64,000 nt of DNA from an uncultured virus (IMG/VR IMGVR_UViG_3300044638_009799) (lineage: Duplodnaviria > Heunggongvirae > Uroviricota > Caudoviricetes): IMG/VR virus record IMGVR_UViG_3300044638_009799; one strand, 5' to 3'. The translations under genes were made by a program, and so were the position numbers. The notes under the pieces were generated by a model that saw nothing but the letters and a program-made list of their open reading frames with translations, did not search any database and was not told the DNA's origin. This document shows positions 57,758 through 64,000 of the stretch, in pieces (position 1 is the stretch's first letter; each line of letters begins with the position of its first letter).

Positions 57758-59349
57758 AGTTTATTCAATTGCTCCCTAGTAATTGATTTTGGATCAGCTG
57801 AATCATAATCACCATTCATATCCTGACAATAATAAAAAACTTCGTCGCCATTATGGTTTTTAGTTTCTAAAACAACTGGCTGTCTCATTAAGGAACAAAT
57901 AGACTTCATTACTTCGTATGCATAAGGTTTATAAAGTTCGATACCTTCCCACTTATGTTCCATAAAAAACATATTACCTTTAAATCTTGGCTCAATCAAT
58001 TTAATTGATGGTAATCCTCGATTAATATATTTCCTAAGCAACTCTTTCTTGATCTTCTTGTAATCTCTACTTTCAATCTTAACTTCACCATTTGGATATC
58101 TTTTGTATTCAAAAAATTCGTTCTTTTCGCAAAAATCTTTAGTAAAAAATTCATTAATAAATTGATAATCATCATAGTTTTTGCAAACTTCAAAAACTTT
58201 TTGCTTACCAAGACCAAGCTTTAGATCCCAATTTTCTTTCTCAAGAGGATCAGCACAGTTTTCATAATCTGTACCAAATCTACCCTTGTCCCATCTTTCC
58301 TCAATATCCATCAAAAGAGTGAATCCAAGTTTATATGGATTCATACTATACTTACCACCAAGAACACCAGCCTTATGAATTGAATATTCCACAATCCCAG
58401 CATCTTCTGTTTCTTGACCAAGGCTACAATAACCTTGTTTTGCAATAATGTGATAATCGCAATAACTCGCAAGTCCTTCATTCAATGCTTTGGTTTTACC
58501 TTGTGGGCTAAAATAAATTGCTTCATTATAAAGAATTTCTGCAATATCTCGTTGCCAAGGTTTGAATGGCGCATTTTCTTTAATATAACCAAATATATCA
58601 GTCTCTGGTGTAATAAGAAGATTAAGATCTTGCATAATCTCACGTTCTTCAATTTTCTTGTTTTGAGTTTTTATAAAAGATTTAGTGTTAATCCAATCTT
58701 CCATGTAATCATTTTTTGTTTTAATCCTTCGTGGAAATACATAATCTTTATTATCTGTGATGACAACGTCTTTTGCTTTTCTTTCTTTCCATATATTCAT
58801 TGGATCGACAAGCGTTTCTATCCTAAATAAATGATCCATAAATTCAGTAACAGTCTCTCTTCCATATCGAGACATATACTTTCTTACATTTGATCCATTG
58901 TTGGCAAGCTCATTGTGAGCATTCGTATTAGTTCTAGAAAAATGAATGTTGTTTTTGAAAAAATGACAATGCCCAAGAGCATGAGCAATAACTGTAATAT
59001 TATCAAGTAAAGTGTTTGAATTTAGGCAATACAAGTAACATGGTGAAGAATTAATCACCATTTCATATATTCTATGATTGCCATATAGATATCCTCTTTG
59101 CATTTCCTCGTATTCTGCACCAAATTTCCAATGAGGAAACCTTACTGCAAAGCCGCCGTAGCTTGCAACTTCAGACATTTCATCATGAGAAAGCATTTGA
59201 ACAATAGTAGGGTAAAAATCCAAACCAAAATCTTTACAAGCTTGAAAAATAGTGGGAATATGTTTTTGTAATTCTTCTGGAATGGGCACACCGGGAGTGG
59301 TTGCTGATCCAAACAAAACTGGTGAGCCGAATAAGAATTTATCTGACAT
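57754..59349 (-). CDS. spoVR: SpoVR/YcgB family protein
   Basis: GLDFYP, RFPHWKFG, IYEMVIN..PC, AHALGHCHFFKNN, PQGKTKALNEG.ASY, NPYKLG. Confidence 0.93.
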   Translation of the reverse strand: MSDKFLFGSPVLFGSATTPGVPIPEELQKHIPTIFQACKDFGLDFYPTIVQMLSHDEMSEVASYGGFAVRFPHWKFGAEYEEMQRGYLYGNHRIYEMVINSSPCYLYCLNSNTLLDNITVIAHALGHCHFFKNNIHFSRTNTNAHNELANNGSNVRKYMSRYGRETVTEFMDHLFRIETLVDPMNIWKERKAKDVVITDNKDYVFPRRIKTKNDYMEDWINTKSFIKTQNKKIEEREIMQDLNLLITPETDIFGYIKENAPFKPWQRDIAEILYNEAIYFSPQGKTKALNEGLASYCDYHIIAKQGYCSLGQETEDAGIVEYSIHKAGVLGGKYSMNPYKLGFTLLMDIEERWDKGRFGTDYENCADPLEKENWDLKLGLGKQKVFEVCKNYDDYQFINEFFTKDFCEKNEFFEYKRYPNGEVKIESRDYKKIKKELLRKYINRGLPSIKLIEPRFKGNMFFMEHKWEGIELYKPYAYEVMKSICSLMRQPVVLETKNHNGDEVFYYCQDMNGDYDSADPKSITREQLNKL

Positions 59350-59351
59350 GA

Positions 59352-60539
59352 TTAAAACACCCGATTGGCACTTTGGAAAGGAGACCCTAAAATATCTTTA
59401 ATAGCTTTCAGAATAGCTTCATTTCTTCTTTCTTCGCTATTGATAACATCAAATGGAATTTCTGCAACAACCACATTGTCTTCTAAATCGCCTTCTACAA
59501 TAGCTTTCTCAACAGATTCTGCAACGCTGTGGTTGTAAGCATAAGCTCCTATTTGAGTTACAGCAACGAGATTTACAATATTTTGACCAAACTCTTTCTT
59601 TAACAGTGAAACAAAAACTTCATTATCATTGTCATAGTTTTCACCATCAGTAAAATAAAAGAAATAGATGTTCCAATTGTTTGGAGGAAATCTGTTTTCA
59701 AATTGTTTTGCGACTAGATCTAAAGCTGTAGAGCATGTGGTGCCACCGCCATTTCTTATCCTGTAGAAATCTTTGGCATCGACTTCATGAGCGGCAACAT
59801 CGTGCCATACATAAAGTCTTTCTACTCGTTCATAAAAATTTCGAATATAAGTATCAATCCAATATGCCATGTCAGAAACAACGGACACTTTCCTGTCGTC
59901 CATAGATCCACTAGCATCTCTGGCAAAGATAACCACAGCATTGCTGGACGGAAATTTAATTTCTTTGTATTGTCGATATCTTTTGTCAGAGTTAATTGGA
60001 TTAATCATCTTGACTTTATCTTTAACACCGGGAATTTCATATAAATTGTTAATTTCTCCAGTTCCGCATAGACGCTTCATTGCTGTAAGCATTGTTCTGC
60101 GTGTATGACGAAGAGATTCTGGACCAACAAGAGAAATATTGTTGTATTTTATTTTTATGTCTTCAAGATTAGCTTGTTGTTTAGGTTTAAGGTCAGGGAG
60201 TTGCAATTCATCTTTCATAAAATGAAGGATGTCTTCCATGTCAATCTGAACGATAATGCCTTCACTTTCATCCTGCCCTGCACCGTTACCTTGTCCTTGA
60301 CCTTTGTCTTTCCCTAAGACATCACCTTCTTGACCATCTCCACGTCCAACACCATTGGGATTTTTCCCGTGAAGAAAATGAGGAATGTCAATTGCAGGAA
60401 TCTTTATAGAAACTTTGCCATTTTTACCACGGTGACGAAAAATTTCACCACTTTTGATGAACTTCTTTAAGTTCTTTCTAATCCTACCGCTGACCACATC
60501 CCTAAAGTCTTTGTGGTCAGAATCAATCCTTCTGGGCAA
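59352..60539 (-). CDS. yeaH: YeaH/YhbH (DUF444) VWA-domain protein
   Basis: DHKDFR, P.SNAV, MIDAS DASGSM, GGT..S, WNIY.F.FTDGEN. Confidence 0.92.
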   Translation of the reverse strand: MPRRIDSDHKDFRDVVSGRIRKNLKKFIKSGEIFRHRGKNGKVSIKIPAIDIPHFLHGKNPNGVGRGDGQEGDVLGKDKGQGQGNGAGQDESEGIIVQIDMEDILHFMKDELQLPDLKPKQQANLEDIKIKYNNISLVGPESLRHTRRTMLTAMKRLCGTGEINNLYEIPGVKDKVKMINPINSDKRYRQYKEIKFPSSNAVVIFARDASGSMDDRKVSVVSDMAYWIDTYIRNFYERVERLYVWHDVAAHEVDAKDFYRIRNGGGTTCSTALDLVAKQFENRFPPNNWNIYFFYFTDGENYDNDNEVFVSLLKKEFGQNIVNLVAVTQIGAYAYNHSVAESVEKAIVEGDLEDNVVVAEIPFDVINSEERRNEAILKAIKDILGSPFQSANRVF

Positions 60540-60555
60540 TTTTATTCTCCTTAAA

Positions 60556-62631
60556 TTAGAACAGATCTTCTGCTAGATCGCCTCTTGCAAAAATACTGCT
60601 TACATAATCAAGCACATCTGTTGCGCTCTGCTCATTATAACCATATTTTTCAACAAGTCTTTGCTTAACCGCATCAATCTTCTTTTGAACATCTGGGTCA
60701 ACTGTTGTCGCTCCAGATGAAAATGCACTTAGCTTAATGTGATCTTTTGTGTCTTCAAACAATTTTGCTTCCAAAGCTTTCTTAAGGAGGGAATTACTAT
60801 CCCACCTAAAAACCTTTTGTTTAATAGCAAGATCACCAATAAATGCCGCAATCATTCTTCGGAAGTCATCACAAGTAGATTCTGGAACATCAATCTTACT
60901 CTCAATAGATCGCATTAATTTTTCATCTGGACTTTCTTCTCGTCCAGTAATCTTATTGGTAATTTTTGCTTTATTAATGTAAGCCATCAAATTGTCGATA
61001 TAATTTGCACAAAGCCTGACAATTGCTTCTTCATCTCCAACAAGAGCCTTTTGAACTTCATTCTTAAGAATGTCATCAAGCTTCTTAGTTGCAAGAGTAA
61101 CACAGTTTTGATACTTGCGCACCAAATCTTTATTAGAAATAAGAGAATGATTATCAAGTCCACTCTTTAAGGCATTTAACACCATGAATGGATTGATGTA
61201 ATCATGTCTGCTTGACAGCGTAGAAGAAATCTTGTCCTGCACATACCTTGCAGACATACCAGTCATGCCTTCATTCGGATTCTTATCTCTGAGTTCACGA
61301 ACTCTATCAATTGTCCATCCGGGCAACATCTTTCCATCGTAAAGATCTGCCTTTTCAGTCAAAGTAATCTTATTGTCCTTATCATCTTCCAAACGTGTCA
61401 ACACTGAAAACAATGCAGCAATCTGCAAAGTATGAGGAGCAATATGTTGCTTAATCTTATTCAAATTATAATCTTGTTCCAACACCTTAAGCTCCTTGCT
61501 CCATTCCAAGAGATAAGGAACTTCAATTCTTACAGTTCTGTCCTTTAAAGCTTCCATGTATTGGTTATTCTTTAACTTTTCGTACTCAGGAATGTTAGTG
61601 TGTCCAATGATAGCTTCGTCAATACTAATCTGAGAAAACTTCTTAGGCTTGATTGACTTCTCTTGTGATGCTCCGAGAAGATCATACAAGAAAGCTGTTT
61701 CAAGCTTTAACATTTCAATGAATTCAATAACACCACGATTAGCAACGCAGAATTCCCCATCAAAATTGAATGTTCTTGGATCAGAATCACTTCCAAATGT
61801 TGGCAATAAAGCGAAATTAATATCACCAGTAAGCTCTGTACTATCTTGGTTCTTTTCGTCTTTAGGTTGGAAAGAAGCAATGCCAACTCTATCTGCTTCA
61901 GAATATTGCTTTCGGACAACAACAATGTGGTTGTTTACAACTTTAACCCAATCTCCATTATACATCTTGAGTAATTTGTCAAAGAAAAACTTACATTTTG
62001 GATTGATTTCACCTTCTACAGCAAGACTATAGAGAGTTGTTCTTTGTGATGGGTCAGCATTGCCGCTATGAATCTTATTTAGTTCATCAAGTACTTGCTT
62101 CCTTACTGTAAGGGGAAGAAGCTTCAAAGGATCTTCATTCATTGGGCAATCACAAACATCGCTTGTATAAAATCCATTCTGTCCTGTTGGGAGATTAACC
62201 CATTTATATGAATACCAAGCACCATTTTCAGTCTTGGAATAATCTTCCATGTTACGTTTAATTAATCGACAAATAGTAGATTTAGCAGAACCTACAGGTC
62301 CGCATAGAAGAAGTATGCGTTTTTCTGGACCATAATGTCCGGCTGCGCCCTTGAAATGAGCAACCAAAGACTCAAGCTGTTCTTCAATACCAAAAACTTT
62401 AATTTCTTCATGGTTCTCAAAAAACTTATAAGTTACGATCTTCTTGCGATACTTATCAATTTCTTCTGTTCCAAATGAAGTAATCATGTCGTAAATTCTT
62501 TGATGAGAATTACGAGCCAATTTTGGATTGTTATAACATCTGTTAATATATTCTTCAAAGCCAAGCTCTTCATGGAGCTTTTTGTAATCATCAAGATTAT
62601 TGTTATTAGCGAACTGTGTTAAACTAACCAT
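60556..62631 (-). CDS. prkA: PrkA/YeaG AAA+ serine protein kinase
   Basis: ARNSHQRIYDMI, LCGPVGSAKST, P.DEKNQD, DGEFCVANRG, EMLK, HTN. Confidence 0.95.
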   Translation of the reverse strand: MVSLTQFANNNNLDDYKKLHEELGFEEYINRCYNNPKLARNSHQRIYDMITSFGTEEIDKYRKKIVTYKFFENHEEIKVFGIEEQLESLVAHFKGAAGHYGPEKRILLLCGPVGSAKSTICRLIKRNMEDYSKTENGAWYSYKWVNLPTGQNGFYTSDVCDCPMNEDPLKLLPLTVRKQVLDELNKIHSGNADPSQRTTLYSLAVEGEINPKCKFFFDKLLKMYNGDWVKVVNNHIVVVRKQYSEADRVGIASFQPKDEKNQDSTELTGDINFALLPTFGSDSDPRTFNFDGEFCVANRGVIEFIEMLKLETAFLYDLLGASQEKSIKPKKFSQISIDEAIIGHTNIPEYEKLKNNQYMEALKDRTVRIEVPYLLEWSKELKVLEQDYNLNKIKQHIAPHTLQIAALFSVLTRLEDDKDNKITLTEKADLYDGKMLPGWTIDRVRELRDKNPNEGMTGMSARYVQDKISSTLSSRHDYINPFMVLNALKSGLDNHSLISNKDLVRKYQNCVTLATKKLDDILKNEVQKALVGDEEAIVRLCANYIDNLMAYINKAKITNKITGREESPDEKLMRSIESKIDVPESTCDDFRRMIAAFIGDLAIKQKVFRWDSNSLLKKALEAKLFEDTKDHIKLSAFSSGATTVDPDVQKKIDAVKQRLVEKYGYNEQSATDVLDYVSSIFARGDLAEDLF

Positions 62632-62632
62632 A

Positions 62633-62959
62633 TTATTCTACCTCTCCAAAGTGGTTACCACTGGAAATATCATCAATACGCCTATATGGATTTTCTCCAG
62701 CGTTTGATGCTTTTTCTGCGTCTCTACGAAGATTCTGAGCTTGTTCTAGATTGTAACCTGCACGATAATTAAAATTGTCAAATTTGCTCGTATCTTTCGG
62801 TTGAGCAAATTTGACATTGGCATCATTTAACAGTTTTTTCTTTTTCTTTGAATTACAATGTGGACATGAGACACTAGCATATCGACCTTTAGGATCGAAC
62901 AATACTAGTGACTCATAATTTTTATTACAATTATTACACAAAAAATTATATGTAGGCAA
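62633..62959 (-). CDS. FmdB-family zinc-ribbon protein
   Basis: (M)PTYNFLCNNC..CPHCNS; TTG 62959 preferred. Confidence 0.7.
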   Translation of the reverse strand: MPTYNFLCNNCNKNYESLVLFDPKGRYASVSCPHCNSKKKKKLLNDANVKFAQPKDTSKFDNFNYRAGYNLEQAQNLRRDAEKASNAGENPYRRIDDISSGNHFGEVE

Positions 62960-63005
62960 GATACTAACCCCTGAACCAACCTTAAAATAGTATGGTTCAG
63001 GAAAA

Positions 63006-63287
63006 TCATTCACTGATAATTTTTTTTATTTCTTCATATACAATTTTAACTTTTTTCATTCTAGAAGGAATAGACATGAATGACCACATCCATGAACCTT
63101 TACAAATTTTATATGCTTCTTCAATAAGCTTAGCTTGTATTTCTTGTTCTATGAGTATGTTTTGCTCCATCTGCATAGCAACCATCTGTGAGTCGATGAA
63201 GGCATTTTCCTTATCATTTTCATCTTCATCTTCATCCTCATCCTCGAACCCATCATCGCCATAAGCAAAATCAAACCTGTTCTTCAT
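63006..63287 (-). CDS. Acidic hypothetical protein
   Basis: EDEDEDEDE tract; SD AGGAGG. Confidence 0.55.
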   Translation of the reverse strand: MKNRFDFAYGDDGFEDEDEDEDENDKENAFIDSQMVAMQMEQNILIEQEIQAKLIEEAYKICKGSWMWSFMSIPSRMKKVKIVYEEIKKIISE

Positions 63288-63864
63288 GGCGAACCTCCTG
63301 ATTTAAAAGAGTTCTTATGCTTTTGGCATCTTCCCATATAGATTCTAATTTAATCTGATTTAAACTTTTATCTCTAGAGAATAAACCGATATTATTTACT
63401 AGCTTGTGCCTAACTTCTTCAAAATTATTTTTAATATCCCAAAATGTCGCATGACAGTACTTATTTACTGCTATATCTTCAATTAAAAATTCTTCATTAT
63501 CTGGTGTCTCAGAACGCATAATCATAAAATCACTATCAAAATTTTTATTAAATTTAAATTTTCGCATACAAAAAACATTAGAAGTTACAATTGCGTAAGA
63601 CTTATCCCAGATGTCAATATCTATAAGCTGATTCGGATGGAAGCAATCATGAATATAAATTACAGGAAAATTTAGTTTTCTAGCCCACCCAGCAAAATCA
63701 AAAGAAGGATTTCCAACAACAATAATAATTGGATTTATTTTTGGCAAATATTTAAAAAATGAGAACCAACATAAAAACGAAAAAATATCATGAGGTTTGT
63801 GCGGAGGGACAATAATTCCTAAATTAAATTTTGAATAATCGGTTTTTGGAAATAAAAGCATCAA
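63271..63864 (-). CDS. Hypothetical protein
   Basis: ORF track. Confidence 0.45.
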   Translation of the reverse strand: MMLLFPKTDYSKFNLGIIVPPHKPHDIFSFLCWFSFFKYLPKINPIIIVVGNPSFDFAGWARKLNFPVIYIHDCFHPNQLIDIDIWDKSYAIVTSNVFCMRKFKFNKNFDSDFMIMRSETPDNEEFLIEDIAVNKYCHATFWDIKNNFEEVRHKLVNNIGLFSRDKSLNQIKLESIWEDAKSIRTLLNQEVRHEEQV

Positions 63865-64000
63865 ATCTTAAAGAGTTTTTTCATTTCTTTTTTTGCAGAA
63901 GCTGGTTGTGGATTTTGATAATTCATCCTCAATACAGTAAAAGAATTATGGCGTTTACCACCATGACCGTTAGCCTCATCCATTTTAATGAATTCTTTAA
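63861..64000 (-). CDS. Small protein, 5'-truncated by window edge
   Basis: Manual translation ..KEFIKMDEANGHGGKRHNSF..KLFKI*. Confidence 0.45.
   Translation of the reverse strand, partial: KEFIKMDEANGHGGKRHNSFTVLRMNYQNPQPASAKKEMKKLFKI

Noticed and set aside
1..64000. Eukaryotic giant virus or bacterial chromosome
   Set aside because: Ankyrins and GTs suggested NCLDV, but SD sites, sigma70 promoters, DnaE, IF-3 and bS21 are bacterial-type. Isolated infC without rpmI/rplT, groES without groEL, fibres and orphan density argue against a chromosome. No capsid or terminase lies in the window, so the phage call remains an inference.
1..64000. Stop-codon reassignment
   Set aside because: Code 11 gives full-length conserved proteins at high density, and TAA, TAG and TGA all end genes.

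Overview
AT-rich, gene-dense window, best read as part of a large (jumbo/huge) tailed dsDNA bacteriophage genome using the standard code. It has sigma70 promoters, Shine-Dalgarno sites, many short orphan ORFs and no rRNA or core metabolic operons. Contents: (i) three Ser/Gly-repeat fibre-like virion proteins surrounded by a large glycan-building toolkit (GT2/GT4-like transferases, DegT aminotransferase + GNAT, methyltransferases, sulfotransferase, NTP-transferase + kinase); (ii) host-takeover genes (csrA, IF-3, bS21, GroES, tRNA-Lys, PhoH, dUTPase, PduO, RuvB-like, ParB-like); (iii) a DnaE split into two separately promoted genes without inteins, separated by two tandem ankyrin-repeat paralogs that only a 7-bp duplication keeps from being fused; (iv) a complete PrkA-YeaH-SpoVR operon. 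Non-coding signals found by eye: repeated GGA-loop hairpins in 5' UTRs (candidate phage CsrA regulon), two candidate structured ncRNAs (one with kissing loops), a (TTTAGTA)9 array abutting an RBS, and T4-like capsid-targeting N-termini. A 138-aa mini-intein is also present. All calls come from motif recognition; no database search or folding program was run.
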